From: Macrostomum lignano
Lineage: Eukaryota
Direction: 5' to 3'
NCBI GenBank assembly: GCA_002269645.1
Contig: NIVC01002736.1
Location: 80,552 to 144,551 of the forward strand
Length of the DNA: 64,000 nucleotides
Position numbers and translations under genes: made by a program. The notes beneath the pieces are model-generated. The model was not told the origin of the DNA. It worked only from the letters and a program-made list of their open reading frames with translations, and searched no databases. Of this stretch, positions 38,977 to 51,773 are shown piece after piece. Numbering within the stretch: position 1 is the stretch's first letter; the number at the start of each line of letters is the position of its first letter.

Positions 38977-39832
38977 GCTGGGTCACTCAGTCCTGACCCA
39001 AGCTGACCCAAGAGACCACATAGCACTGGGTCACTCAGTCCTGACCCAAGCTGACCCAAGAGACCACATAGCACTGGGTCACTCAGTCCTGACCCAAGCT
39101 GACCCAAGAGTCCGCATCCCACAGGGTCACCAGTCCTGACTTAAGCTGACCCAAGAGTTCGCATCCCACAGGGTCACCAGTCCTGACTTAAGCTGACCCA
39201 AGAGACCACATAGCACTGGGTCACTCAGTCCTGACCCAAGCTGACCCAAGAGACCACATAGCACTGGGTCACTCAGTCCTGACCCAAGCTGACCCAAGAG
39301 TTCGCATCCCACTGGGTCACTCAGTCCTGACCCAAGCTGACCCAAGAGTTCGCATCCCACAGGGTCACCAGTCCTGACTTAAGCTGACCCAAGAGACCAC
39401 ATAGCACTGGGTCACTCAGTCCTGACCCAAGCTGACCCAAGAGACCACATAGCACTGGGTCACTCAGTCCTGACCCAAGCTGACCCAAGAGACCACATAG
39501 CACTGGGTCACTCAGTCCTGACCCAAGCTGACCCAAGAGTTCGCATCCCACAGGGTCACCAGTCCTGACTTAAGCTGACCCAAGAGACCACATAGCACTG
39601 GGTCACTCAGTCCTGACCCAAGCTGACCCAAGAGACCACATAGCACTGGGTCACTCAGTCCTGACCCAAGCTGACCCAAGAGACCACATAGCACTGGGTC
39701 ACTCAGTCCTGACCCAAGCTGACCCAAGAGTTCGCATCCCACTGGGTCACTCAGTCCTGACCCAAGCTGACCCAAGAGTCCGCATCCCACTGGGTCACTC
39801 AGTCCTGACCCAAGCTGACCCAAGAGACCACA
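38977..39832. repeat. 47-48-bp minisatellite with an internal hairpin and a ~191-bp higher-order period
   Basis: ctgggtcactcagtcctgacccaagctgacccaagagaccacatagca, about 18 copies; the variant cagggtcaccagtcctgacttaag recurs at 39358 and 39549. Confidence 0.95.
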
Positions 39833-40439
39833 TGACCCAATTCAAGCCACTAAAATATCTAAATTTCTTGTCACTCAGAGATCTGTGCCTCTTAACTTCG
39901 GCAAGCGTGAGAATGGTGAGAACAAGCAGGAGGATTAGGAGTGCATGGGGATTACTGCACTCACTGTATAGGGATTATCACAGTCTGATGGGATTACCAG
40001 AGCCGAATGAGGGAAGATGGAAAGAGGAGGAAAAAGATGTTGCTAACTGGGAGAGGCCTGCCCAGATCCCAGTTGGGCAAACTAGGCAAGGGGTGGCTGG
40101 TGATGCAGAGGATACATGATCAATCCATGAGCTCAGTTTGAGCGCCGAGTATCTAGCTAAGGGAAAGTTTGGGTTGGGAAGTTGAGGCTGCAGTAGCAGT
40201 GGGAGAAATGTGAGACACATTTGCGCTGTGCACGATGAAGAGTTGCCTGGGTGAAAGCTTGGTTTAGTTTATTTTTAGTAACTCTTGGTTATAACGAATA
40301 CATTGTTAGCTGTTCTTTTGAGCTGAGTGAGATGAAGGGGGAGAGGGAGAGGAGGGATATAGGGAGATGAAGGGAGACAGTGAGAGGAGGGAGAGAGTGA
40401 GATGAATAGGGAGAGGGAGATTAAGGGAGAGAGTGAGGG

Positions 40440-40885
40440 GAAGGGAAAGTGAAAGGAAGAGGGACAGTAAGAGGAAGGGAGAGAGTGAGAGGAAGGGAGA
40501 GAGTGAGAGGAAGGGAGAGAGTGAGAGGAAGGGAGAGAGTGAGAGGAAGGGAGAGAGTGAGAGGAAGGGAAAGAGTGAGAGGAAGGGAGAGAGTGAGAGG
40601 AAGGGAGAGAGTGAGAGGAAGGGAGAGAGTGAGAGGAAGGGAGAGAGTGAGAGAAAGGGAGAGAGTGAGAGGAAGGGAGAGAGTGAGAGGAAGGTAGAGA
40701 GTGAGAGGAAGGGAGAGAGTGAGAGGAAGGGAGAGATTGAGAGGAAGGGAGAGATTGAGAGGAAGGGAGAGAGTGAGAGGAAGGGAGAGAGTGAGAGGAA
40801 GGGAGAGAGTGAGAGGAAGGGAGAGAGTGAGAGGAAGGGAGAGAGTGAGAGGAAGGGAGAGAGTGAGAGGAAGGGAGAGTGAGAG
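40440..40885. repeat. 18-bp pure-purine-like minisatellite (gagagtgagaggaaggga)
   Basis: About 23 copies, preceded by a degenerate GA-rich tract from about 40330. Confidence 0.95.
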
Positions 40886-41709
40886 GAAGGCAAAGGCAGG
40901 TGAGGTTCCACCAGCTTCACCCACGCCAAAAACCAGTAAGGCTGTTGAAGCTACAGACGAAAACGCAGAACAAAAAACGTTAAATCCCAAAGCAAAATTG
41001 AAAACTGTTTGTTGCCTCACAGTGGAATTCGCAGGTGATTTCCCCTCCCCCCCCCCAACGGACGGGCCACCTCCCAGACTTGACATTTTCGCCGTCTGCC
41101 CGTGGAAAGTCCCCCAAAAAAGTTGTGCTTTTTCCAGTTTGCACCAGCGGGCCTTACGGGGCACCAAGTAAAGCCACACACCTGTTGTTTAGATTATCAG
41201 TCACGATTCGCCGGTCCCGGGTTCGAGTCCCGTAAATTGTTTTGATTGTCCATCAAATTGGCACAGCAGTGGAGCCAGTCTGCAATGTGTGTGTATTTTG
41301 CATCGGTTTGTTTCTGCCCAGCATCTGCCGGTTTCTGGGCTGTGGCGAGGCGAAAAGAAACCAACAGTAGCCATTTGGATTGGGGTTGATTAATTGCTGA
41401 CGTTTGCCCTGGGCCGGTCTGAATTCTGGTCTCGATTAGTTTTCGGTATAGTTTTCGACATTGGGTTACCATGGGAATTCGCTATCCATAAACTGCATAC
41501 GAAAATGAATGAATCATAACTTTTTTCTGTTTGGGTTGTTAGGCAGGTGACGAAAGATTGTTGATAGATTTATTAGTTCGTTAATTCCTGGAAAGGAGAG
41601 GGACGTTTTTTGATTGCTTCGATTTTTTGTGCATTCTTTAATAAATAACAAAACAAGCTAATTAAGATTTAAATGGTAGAGAGATAAAGAGACAGGTTGG
41701 AATAACGCA

Positions 41710-42463
41710 GATAGAGACGAAGGGAGAGACTAAGGGAGAGACAAAGGGAGAGACTAAGGGAGAGACTAAGGGAGAGACGAAGGGAGAGACGAAGGGAGAG
41801 ACGAAGGGAGAGACGAAGGGAGAGACGAAGGGAGAGACGAAGGGAGAGACGAAGGGAGAGACGAAGGGAGAGACGAAGGGAGAGACGAAGGGAGAGACTA
41901 AGGGAGAGACTAAGGGAGAGACGAAGGGAGAGACGAAGGGAGAGACGAAGGGAGAGACTAAGGGAGAGACGAAGGGAGAGACGAAGGGAGAGACTAAGAG
42001 AGAGACTAAGGGAGAGACTAAGGGAGAGACTAAGGGAGAGACGAAGAGAGAGACTAAGAGAGAGACTAAGGGAGAGACGAAGGGAGAGACGAAGGGAGAG
42101 ACGAAGGGAGAGACGAAGAGAGAGACGAAGGGAGAGACGAAGAGAGAGACGAAGGGAGAGACGAAGAGAGAGACGAAGGGAGAGACGAAGAGAGAGACGA
42201 AGGGAGAGACGAAGAGAGAGACGAAGGGAGAGACGAAGAGAGAGACGAAGGGAGAGACGAAGAGAGAGACTAAGGGAGAGACGAAGGGAGAGACTAAGGG
42301 AGAGACGAAGGGAGAGACGAAGGGAGAGACGAAGAGAGAGACTAAGGGAGAGACTAAGGAAGAGACTAAGGGAGAGACTAAGGGAGAGACTAAGGGAGAG
42401 ACGAAGAGAGAGACTAAGGGAGAGACGAAGGGAGAGACGAAGGGAGAGACGAAGGGAGAGAGA
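41710..42463. repeat. 12-bp minisatellite (gagagacgaagg / gagagactaagg)
   Basis: About 62 copies. Confidence 0.96.
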
Positions 42464-43480
42464 CCTGAACAAGAAAGTGGCTTGAAAGGCGGCAAGCACC
42501 AGAGGCACGAAGACATAAAAGTCGGAAATGAAGTTACAGATTCTCGGGATCAAAATAAAGACGAAGCAAAGTCAAAGCCTTATTTGAGGCGAAGCCTCTC
42601 CCCCACAGCAGTGAGACAATTTTATTGAGGCTTAAAGCCAGTAAAAGTCCAGGCTAAGCCGATGCGGCTGCAGTATGGAAAGCGGCCTATTCAGAATTCA
42701 TGGAGTTTCGCCTTATCAATAAACGGGAAGCCGGCAGGCTTGAGGTGAAACCCAGAAGATTCCCTGCAGTCTGCCCGGCAATAGACCAGAGAGAGGAACC
42801 GGCATCCCCTTATCGGCAACAGAAATCCGCTACCAAAATGTCTTCTTTTATACATTTATCGCCCATTCCGTTTGTGCCAACTGGCAACTTGTCTGTCTGC
42901 CTGCCTGTCTGCCTGTCTGTCATGCAGGATTAAAACCACCTGACATTTCATTCGCCATCTCCCTCACCCCCAGGATCATCAAATACACCCTTCATCCTCA
43001 TTCCAGATCCCCATTCTCCACTTCGAGTCCCGGAACAGCCAGACTGGCTGTCGCCACTCCATAGAAATGCTTTCAACCTTTGTCCTTATTCTGAAATATG
43101 GTTCGCCATTTCGAAATCATATTACAGTAACTGCGCTGAGATTGGCGTATTTCGAATTCTGAAAAAATGGAATGGAAAGTTTAAACAAACTGTGATATTT
43201 TGTGTTCTCTGGGTCAATCATTATTGTTGCAGCGCGTGTAGGCGGGCGTGGGCGACGCGTGACATTGACACGTGACATGACGTTCCCAGGTCTACAAAAT
43301 TTGATGGTTTAATGGCTTGTAACATTTGCCAGAACTGAAAATTACGGAACTGTAAAGAATAACAAAAGCGATTATTTTTTCATTGAATTTTATTCGTTAG
43401 CCATCTGAAACTAAAGCTTACAAGATATGGTCCCGATACGCTAGTACTAAATAAGGATATTAACTCAGATTACATGATAC

Positions 43481-43672
43481 TAGTTAGCACACAATCTCAG
43501 AGTACATGATCCTAAAATAGTACACAATCCCAGAGTACATGATCCTAAAATAGTACACAATCCCAGAGTACATGATCCTAAAATAGTACACAATCCCAGA
43601 GTACATGATCCTAAAATAGTACACAATCCCAGAGTACATGATCCTAAAATAATACACAATCCCAGGGTACAC
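43481..43672. repeat. 33-bp minisatellite (tagtacacaatcccagagtacatgatcctaaaa)
   Basis: About 6 copies, ending about 85 nt before the exon 2 acceptor. Confidence 0.93.
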
Positions 43673-43757
43673 AATTACAGTTGAACTAACCCTACACAAG
43701 CCTTATAAAATGTTGACAAAATGCACCTTTAAGCCTCTATTAACTTCAAATTTCCAG

Positions 43758-43853
43758 ACCGAACTCTCAGTTCAGCTGCAAAGTTTGTCCGAGAAAGCAA
43801 AAATCGGCTCCGAGTTTCATCAGCAACTCAAATCGAGTCCGGAACGGATCAAG
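43758..43853 (+). CDS. TRIM9: TRIM9 exon 2 (coiled coil)
   Basis: TELSVQLQSLSEKAKIGSEF...; TTCCAG acceptor and GTGAGA donor; phase 0-0. Confidence 0.9.
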
Positions 43854-44070
43854 GTGAGAAGTTTCTTTAAGGCCAGCCTGCAAAGCACAAGGGAGTGTAC
43901 ATGCCACTAGAAAGTCAAAAGGGCCTCTCACCCGGTGTGAGCGGTGCATGAGTGCGTGGCTGTGTACAGTATTGGCGTGCTTGCATTGTGCTTAGGAGTC
44001 TGCGGAATGTGTAGCATAGGTAGTCAACATTGAAAATACATGATTTTCGCCGCCATCAAACCCACTCAAG

Positions 44071-44304
44071 GCCAACTGCGAGTCCATGTCTGAGATCATT
44101 GCTGGCCAATTCGACTCATTAATCGAGGCACTGCAGTCAAAGAAACAGGTGATGCTGAGCCAGCTGCAGTCTGAGCAGGAGCACAAGACACGGCTCATCC
44201 GGGATCAGGCGGCGCATTGCGGTTCCGTTTTGAGCAGGACAACCAGCCTGCTGCAGTTCTGCGTCGAGATGCTCAAGGAAACTGACCCTGCCGCTTTCCT
44301 GCTG
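44071..44304 (+). CDS. TRIM9: TRIM9 exon 3 (BBC coiled coil)
   Basis: QFDSLIEALQSKK...TTSLLQFCVEMLKETDPAAFL; canonical sites. Confidence 0.92.
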
Positions 44305-44344
44305 GTGAGTTGAGTCAGCATGTTGGCATTGGAGTACCTGAGTA

Positions 44345-45410
44345 TCCGGTCTTGACTGAGTGTACCAACCTGACTTGATCTTGACAGAGTGAACTGGTCT
44401 TGACAGAGTGAACTGGTCTTGACTGAGTGAACTGGTCTTGACAGAGTGAACTGGTCTTGACAGAGTGAACTGGTCTTGACTGAGTGAACTGGTCTTGACA
44501 GAGTGAACTGGTCTTGACTGAGTCTACCAACCTGACTTGATCTTGACAGAGTGAACTGGTCTTGACTGAGTGAACTGGTCTTGACTGAGTGAACTGGTCT
44601 TGACTAAGTGAACTGGTCTTGACTGAGTGAACTGGTCTTGACTAAGTGAACTGGTCTTGACAGAGTGAACTGGTCTTGACTAAGTGAACTGGTCTTGACA
44701 GAGTGAACTGGTCTTGACTAAGTGAACTGGTCTTGACTGAGTGAACTGGTCTTGACTGAGTGAACTGGTCTTGACTGAGTCTACCAACCTGACTTGATCT
44801 TGACAGAGTGAACTGGTCTTGACTGAGTGAACTGGTCTTGACTGAGTGAACTGGTCTTGACTAAGTGAACTGGTCTTGACTGAGTGAACTGGTCTTGACT
44901 AAGTGAACTGGTCTTGACAGAGTGAACTGGTCTTGACTAAGTGAACTGGTCTTGACTGAGTGAACTGGTCTTGACTGAGTCTACCAACCTGACTTGATCT
45001 TGACAGAGTGAACTGGTCTTGACTGAGTCTACCAACCTGACTTGATCTTGACAGAGTGAACTGGTCTTGACTAAGTGAACTGGTCTTGACAGAGTGAACT
45101 GGTCTTGACTAAGTGAACTGGTCTTGACTGAGTGAACTGGTCTTGACTGAGTGAACTGGTCTTGACTGAGTCTACCAACCTGACTTGATCTTGACAGAGT
45201 GAACTGGTCTTGACTGAGTGAACTGGTCTTGACTGAGTGAACTGGTCTTGACTAAGTGAACTGGTCTTGACTGAGTGAACTGGTCTTGACTAAGTGAACT
45301 GGTCTTGACTGAGTGAACTGGTCTTGACTGAGTGAACTGGTCTTGACTGAGTGAACTGGTCTTGACTGAGTGAACTGGTCTTGACTGAGTGAACTGGTCT
45401 TGACAGAGTG
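44345..45410. repeat. 19-bp minisatellite (gagtgaactggtcttgact) in TRIM9 intron 3
   Basis: About 54 copies with a recurring ctaccaacctgacttgatc variant. Confidence 0.96.
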
Positions 45411-46068
45411 CCATCTTCTGCACGTATCAAATGGCCACATGAGTGTCAGTCCTTCGCTTGCAATCAACGGCCTTGATCATATTTGTATACTTGTTTCGCA
45501 TGGTCCATAGCTGGGCCATAGTCGAGGCCCTATGAAAGACTATAGCGCAATTTGTTTTCGGAAACGTGACACCAACAAGAGACTGGAAGCTTTGCATACC
45601 GCCTGTTTACAATTGGTCCCTTGGCTAATGGCCACAAAAAATATGACTAACCACTATAACACCCCTTAACAATGCGCGAAACTGCGCTGCATGAAATGCA
45701 ACGTTTGGAAACCGAAAAAAATGGGGACAGTTTTCCCTGTGGGATTATTAATTACCATCGGGTTATGGGTAGAACACAAGAGTATATATATTTATAAATC
45801 ATGTTTTATAGTTGTTCGCTAAGCTTCGAGAGACGAAATTATTTGGCACAATTTCCGGAAACGAAAGAAAATAGAGAGAGAGAGAGAGTGCAATTCTTCA
45901 AAGTTAGATCATGGGCATCTAATAGATCTTGTCTGGAATAGCGATTCTATTATATCACAGTTTACATCACAAAATTTAAAAACGGTTAATTTGATTGTCT
46001 TTCTAAGAAACAGTGTCATTTGGTCTGGTGTATCGTCATTGAAGAGCAGTTCTTGCGTGTTTATTCAG

Positions 46069-46225
46069 GTGTCCAACTCGCTCCTGCACCGGGCGGTCCA
46101 TGCCGAGTCAGTGTTCAAAAAGGATATCGACCTGCGGCCCAGGGTCAGTCATGAGTTCGAAATTCGACTAGACGTGGAACCGGTTCTGGTGGCGATTAAC
46201 AGCTTGACCTTCACTGAGCACAAGG
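46069..46225 (+). CDS. TRIM9: TRIM9 exon 4 (COS box)
   Basis: [10 protein letters not shown]...[25 protein letters not shown]; phase 0-1. Confidence 0.88.
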
Positions 46226-46307
46226 GTGAGCACACGTTATTGTTGTGGTTCTGTCCGTGACAAATGATTCTTTTTACTGATTATCGCAACTATTAAATTG
46301 CAGTTAC

Positions 46308-47030
46308 CGATCCCGACCTCTATGATCTCGACCTCTGTGATCCTGACATCCCTGAATCCCGACATCCCTGATCTCGACCTGCCTGATCCCGACATCCCTG
46401 ATCCCGACATCCCTGATCTCGACCTCCCTGATCTCGACCTGCCTGATCCCGACCTCTGTGATCTCGACCTCTGTGATCCTGACATCCCTGAATCCCGACA
46501 TCCCTGATCCCGACATCCCTGATCCCGACATCCCTGATCCCGACATCCCTGATCCCGACATCCCTGATCCCGACCTCTATGATCTCGACCTCCCTGATCT
46601 CGACCTGCCTGATCCCGACATCCCTGATCCCGACAACCCTGATCCCGACATCCCTGATCCCGACATCCCTGATCCCGACATCCCTGAATCCCAACATTCC
46701 AGACCCCTACCTTGCTGACCCCGATATCCTTGATGCCGACACCCTTAATGCCGACACTCATGATTCCTACATCCCTGATCTGACATCTCTGATCCCGATA
46801 TCCTTTATCCCGACATCCTTGATGCCGATATCCTTGATCCCCACATCCTTGATCACGCCATCCTTGATCCCGAAATCCCTAACCCCGACATCCCAGACCC
46901 CTACTCTGCTGATCCCGATATCCCTGATCCCCGATATCCCGGATCCCCGACATCCCTGATCCCGACATCCCAGACCCCTACTTCGCTGATCCCGATATCC
47001 TTGATCCCAACATTCTTGATGTCAAACTCC
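46308..47030. repeat. 15-bp minisatellite (gatcccgacatccct) in TRIM9 intron 4
   Basis: Homogeneous at the 5' end, degenerate at the 3' end. Confidence 0.93.
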
Positions 47031-47669
47031 CAATGAAGGATTTTCACCAATTTGTTTTCTCCGGATAGTGTTTAGTTTTTCGTTCGCTATTCCGAGCTAC
47101 CAATTCAGTGGCAGCCAGGTCTGCGGAAATGCGGAAATAACTTTTTTTTCTAAAAAAGTAAACTGCACTACATTAAAATCAGAGACTTGGAAGAATAACA
47201 AACCTGTAAAAAGGCTTCGAAATCTGACACAGTTCTGCGCAGAAAGAATTCTACCAAGTTTGAGGTTCTGAAGTGTTGGACCAGTTTTGGGAAAGCGCAA
47301 ATTAGGAAAAGGATGAACAGAAAATTGAAAATCGTAACTTTCAACTTTGGTCGCGCGCAGAAATCTCAACTGTCTGTCTTCTGCTCTTTTAAAGAAAAAT
47401 GTTGCAAAACTGTTTTTAGTGGAATGAAAAATATTTGCAAGGAAAGGTGTCAGGTAGACATTTACGAAGATATTTCTTCTTTTAACGTTTGATACAATAT
47501 ACCGGGGTAGGTGAGACAATTGTATCCAACAATGCGACTGAAACGTGCTTTTTGGTATTCTTAGAATTCATAAATTTAAATTGCTACTGGATTCATTTAC
47601 GTACTAAAATTTTCTTTGCCTCTTTCGTTTTTTTCTATTTTGCTCAATAAAAAGTTGTTCAACTGGCAG

Positions 47670-47711
47670 AAGCTGCAGAGGATGACAAACGAGTGGCCTC
47701 TCTGGTCAGAG
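47670..47711 (+). CDS. TRIM9: Candidate 42-nt cassette exon of TRIM9 (E-AAEDDKRVASLVR)
   Basis: CAG acceptor, GTTCGT donor, symmetric phase 1-1, open frame, GC-richer than the flanks. Confidence 0.4.
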
Positions 47712-48462
47712 GTTCGTGTACATTTCTATTCGTTTTTTTTCAATTATTTTTACTCACATTTCATTATTTAGTTTGGAATGTTCATCAATTTAATTAATTA
47801 TTACTTCCTATTTCAAACACCTGCGCGTCTTCTTGCTAATTGCATTTTAAACAAATCGCTAACTTTTTCTCCGGCTTTAACGAAAGAGTTTTGTTAGAAC
47901 TGGGCGACTTCTAAATAGGATATGCATTATTACGAATAATTGTGTCAAAAGTCTGTTCAACTATATATTCATTAACCGTTTGCATGTAATTTAATTAGTT
48001 TATTAATCCTTTCTCCTTACGAATGCATATGGCGGCTACTCCTATCTATAAATAATATATTTTCAGACTAGAGTGTCGACCTAACTAAAGAAGCCGCTTC
48101 CTTATAAAACTTTATTAAAACATGAAATAATTTTACCTATTTAATACGCCAAGCAAAAGCTACCAAGTCAAATTGTCAAGAAATTAACTGACACTTGAGT
48201 ATGTTGAAGGAGCTTAATTATTTAATTAAATAATGCTTGCATTATTTCATTAGAATATTGAAGTACTTCGTATCTTAAAGTAAGTTAGAAACCACTCAAT
48301 AGTCGATCTGAGTACCCCAACCGTCTCCTGAATCTATTCTGACTGTGTCAAGATATAAATTTTTCACTGTTTGAGTACTTTTATATTTGCCATACGCGAA
48401 AAATTTCTATGATTAATGACAATCTTGAGCAAGAAATTTCCCCATTTAATTTCCTCTTTCAG

Positions 48463-48602
48463 TTCCACCAGCGCCTGTAATCATTGCCGAACGGAGTCAC
48501 GCAGAGAACAACACGGTCACAGTTTGCTGGAGTCCCTGTCCCGGTTCGCAGGCCGAATTCTACACGCTTGAAATGGACGACGGAAGGGGCGCCGGGTTCA
48601 AA
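48463..48602 (+). CDS. TRIM9: TRIM9 exon 5 (FN3 first half)
   Basis: VPPAPVI...NNTVTVCW...YTLEMDDGRGAGFK; TTTCAG acceptor and GTGAGT donor. Confidence 0.92.
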
Positions 48603-48744
48603 GTGAGTTAGTTGAACGTGACTTCATTGCCTGGATAGTGAATGATCGCTTCTCGTTGAAATTAGCTTGTATTTTAATTTTATCGCCCCTATCGCGGGAA
48701 GAATCGAAGCGTCCATTGGATGCGTTCAAATCATTTTGTTTTGT

Positions 48745-49125
48745 TGCCCTGGATAGCGGGAAGGGTTTAGGTGCAATATGCAGCAATGTTTTTATTGCCC
48801 TGGATAGCGGGAAGGGTTTAGGTGCAATATGCAGCAATGTTTTTATTGCCCTGGATAGCGGGAAGGGTTTAGGTGCAATATGCAGCAATGTTTTTATTGC
48901 CCTGGATAGCGGGAAGGGTTTAGGTGCAATATGCAGCAATGTTTTTATTGCCCTGGATAGCGGGAAGGGTTTAGGTGCAATGTGCAGCAATGTTTTTATT
49001 GCCCTGGATAGCGGGGGCAGGGTTTAGGTGCAATGTGCAGCAATGTTTTTATTGCCCTGGATAGCGGGGGCAGGGTTTAGGTGCAATTTGCAGCAATGGT
49101 TTTATTGCCCTGGATAGTGGGGAGG
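48745..49125. repeat. 51-bp minisatellite in TRIM9 intron 5
   Basis: ttgccctggatagcgggaagggtttaggtgcaatatgcagcaatgttttta, about 7 copies (ggatagc at 48751 and 48802). Confidence 0.95.
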
Positions 49126-51188
49126 GTCGAATGTTTAGAAGCTGGGGTTTTAACGAAATTAACTTTAGCTCCGTGTTGCTACAGAACTGGGCAAATATTA
49201 GCTACTCCTTTAAACTCCTTCATTTTGCCAACTTTTTCTAGCCCATGGATTAGATAAACGTCCATTTGAGCCGTCTATTTGTAGCCTTGTCAGGCTTAAG
49301 GACAAGAATTGACCTTAAGTCCAGCCAAACGTGCAGACTTTGCAGAAAACTGCATAAAAAGGAAATGGCTTCCAATTAAGGGCCAATTCCCAAATAGTCT
49401 ATTGGCCGCGCAAATTTATAAAGAAGAGACATCTGCTGAGTCCCAGAGGCAGAAGAGCCAGCAGAGAGTTGGAATCAGAAAGGAGCTTCTGTGTCCACAC
49501 TGGCACCGACCCCCTTCCCTACCCAATCCCTCTCCTGCCCAATTTCCCGCAATCCAAAATCCCAATTAGCATTAGAGGGGAAAAGTTTAAAGCTGCAAGC
49601 CTAAACTCCCCAAAGCAGACTGTCGCCATCTCTTAGAGTCCCACCATCGTCACGCCACCCTCTGCTGCCACCCCCTCCCCCATCGCCCGAGGTGGACAAC
49701 AAAAATAGGGCGAGGCGCGATGAAAGGCTGATTGACAGCGAAGTGGAGAGAGATGAAGAGAATTAGAGGAGAGACGCCAGCTTCCCGCGCAGCCAAAAGA
49801 CTGGCCTTCCACCTAGCAGCCATCCCAGCTACATTATGCATACAGTATAGTTGATTTGATTTTCCACTATTTCTTTCTCATCCGTGACCGTTGGGGTCAA
49901 TGAATATTTGCCGCTGCAATGTATGAAGCAAATTCACTGAGATGCGCTGGTGCATTGTGCCATGACTGTTGATGCTTCGGTCAGTCGAGTTAAATACCTG
50001 CGCACAGGTACCCCCCCCCCACTGCCTATTATTTTGATATCTCTTGATTAAAATAGATGGAAAAATTCTCTGGGATTTTGTAGCAGAAAGAAGCCCCGAG
50101 GGAAGAGGAGAGATATTGCAGGTCCCAGCATCTTATCAGAAGACGAGAAGCGACCTCATCAAAGCCGGAGAGCCAAGGTGCGCAGGTTTAGGTTGGGGAC
50201 ACCTGAATTCTCTGCACTCACCCATGCAGAGCCCTTACCGCGGCCTGCTCCATCCGTCGAAGGCACAGAAAAAGTACACACTAAGTAGAAATAGAAAAAA
50301 CGTCAACAGATGGCAAGCCGATATTTCTCAATGCATTTGCCTCGGGGACTCTCGTCTCCGCATTTCCGACAGTTCAAAGCCAAAAAAAACGTCTGCACAA
50401 AATTTTATCTGGGAAGCAGAATCTTCTTCAAAAAGTGCGGAAGATTAAAAAATATCTCCAGTTTTTGATGAAATCGCATTTTTTGGTGTTTATTGTTGAA
50501 TTATTTGGACTAAAAAGTTTTGATTGTGTTGCACGAGTGGGATCGACCGGATCGTGTACTTTTAGAACTTAAGCGCCCCGTTTGGCGCATGGGGGGTTCA
50601 TGGCGACTCCATTAAGCTAAGCATCAATTTAGTTAGGACCATTATAACCATTTCATTTATTTTTTTCTATCTTTTTATAGAAGGTGCAATATGGCTTTGT
50701 CGGCATTTTCCTTTGAAAATCAGAAAAGTAATATTTTCGAAAAAATCAAATTGCGACTTTTTTACAATCGAATTTTGAGTATAGAATTCAACTATTTTAT
50801 AGGAATTTTTGTTGTTAAAAAAATACAACTGCAAAGGCTGAAATGTTGGCAGGACATGAACTGGCTGGCTTAGTGAAATCCCAACTGATTAGAAATCCCA
50901 ACTGATTAGAAATCCCAACTACATGTAACTAGAAATCCCAACTAATCGGACATCCCTGAAAATCCTAATCGATCGATCATTTATATATCATAAGAAATCA
51001 ATAGTCGCGACATTCAAACTCTTAGAAATCTTATATCAAAGTTTTGGTCTACCGCAATTTAAATTTTCCAAAAGTTTCCAATGTCCTAAATTTTTTTTGT
51101 CGAAGTCATAAAACGCGACGGCGTAAGTACCTGATGGACTATGAAAATGAACGATTAGAATCTCAAGTCTCTTCATCATTCATTACAG

Positions 51189-51551
51189 CGCTGCTACCGA
51201 GGCCCAGAGACCATCTGCTGTGTCCAGGGTCTCCAGTTCGACACGGTCTACCAGGCCCGAGTCAAGGCGCACAACACCGCAGGAGAGTCAGCCTACAGCG
51301 ATTTTGTTAAACTGCGCACCGCCGGTCGGGCGTTTTTTCAATTCTCCCAGAAGAATCGCACGCGGAGCTGGTGTTCACTAATCAGGGCATGACCGTCACT
51401 TCCGTGTCATTGGAGGAACGAATCGCTGTGTGCACAACCGGCTTCTCTAGAGGGGTTCACTACTGGGAGTTCACTGTGGACAGATACGACGACAAAGGAG
51501 ATCCGGGATTTGGCGTTGCTCGTTTGGACTGTCGCAAAGATGAAAAACTTG
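51189..51551 (+). CDS. TRIM9: TRIM9 exon 6 (FN3 second half and SPRY start), with an apparent 1-nt deletion near 51346
   Basis: [28 protein letters not shown]... then, in a shifted frame, HAELVFTN...[25 protein letters not shown]. Confidence 0.9.
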
Positions 51552-51625
51552 GTGAGAAAATTTTCTGAATGGTTATTCTTGATTATTGGGTAGTTGATTA
51601 GTCTTTGTGTGAGTTTATTGTTTCA

Positions 51626-51773
51626 GGGGTTTAATCAGAAGCTTCGCGGCAGGAGTGAAGTTGCGAGAAGGGTTTAATCAGAAGCTTCGCGGCAGGCGTG
51701 AAGTTGCGAGAAGGGTTTAATCAGAAGCTTCGCGGCAGGCGTGAAGTTGCGAGAAGGGTTTAATCAGAAGCTT
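51626..51773. repeat. 43-bp tandem repeat at the start of TRIM9 intron 6
   Basis: gggtttaatcagaagcttcgcggcaggcgtgaagttgcgagaa, about 3.3 copies. Confidence 0.92.

Noticed and set aside
38977-39832. Possible CRISPR array (palindromic repeat plus variable segment); likewise 60474-61590
   Set aside because: The variable segments are only two or three recurring variants, not unique spacers; eukaryotic context and no cas genes
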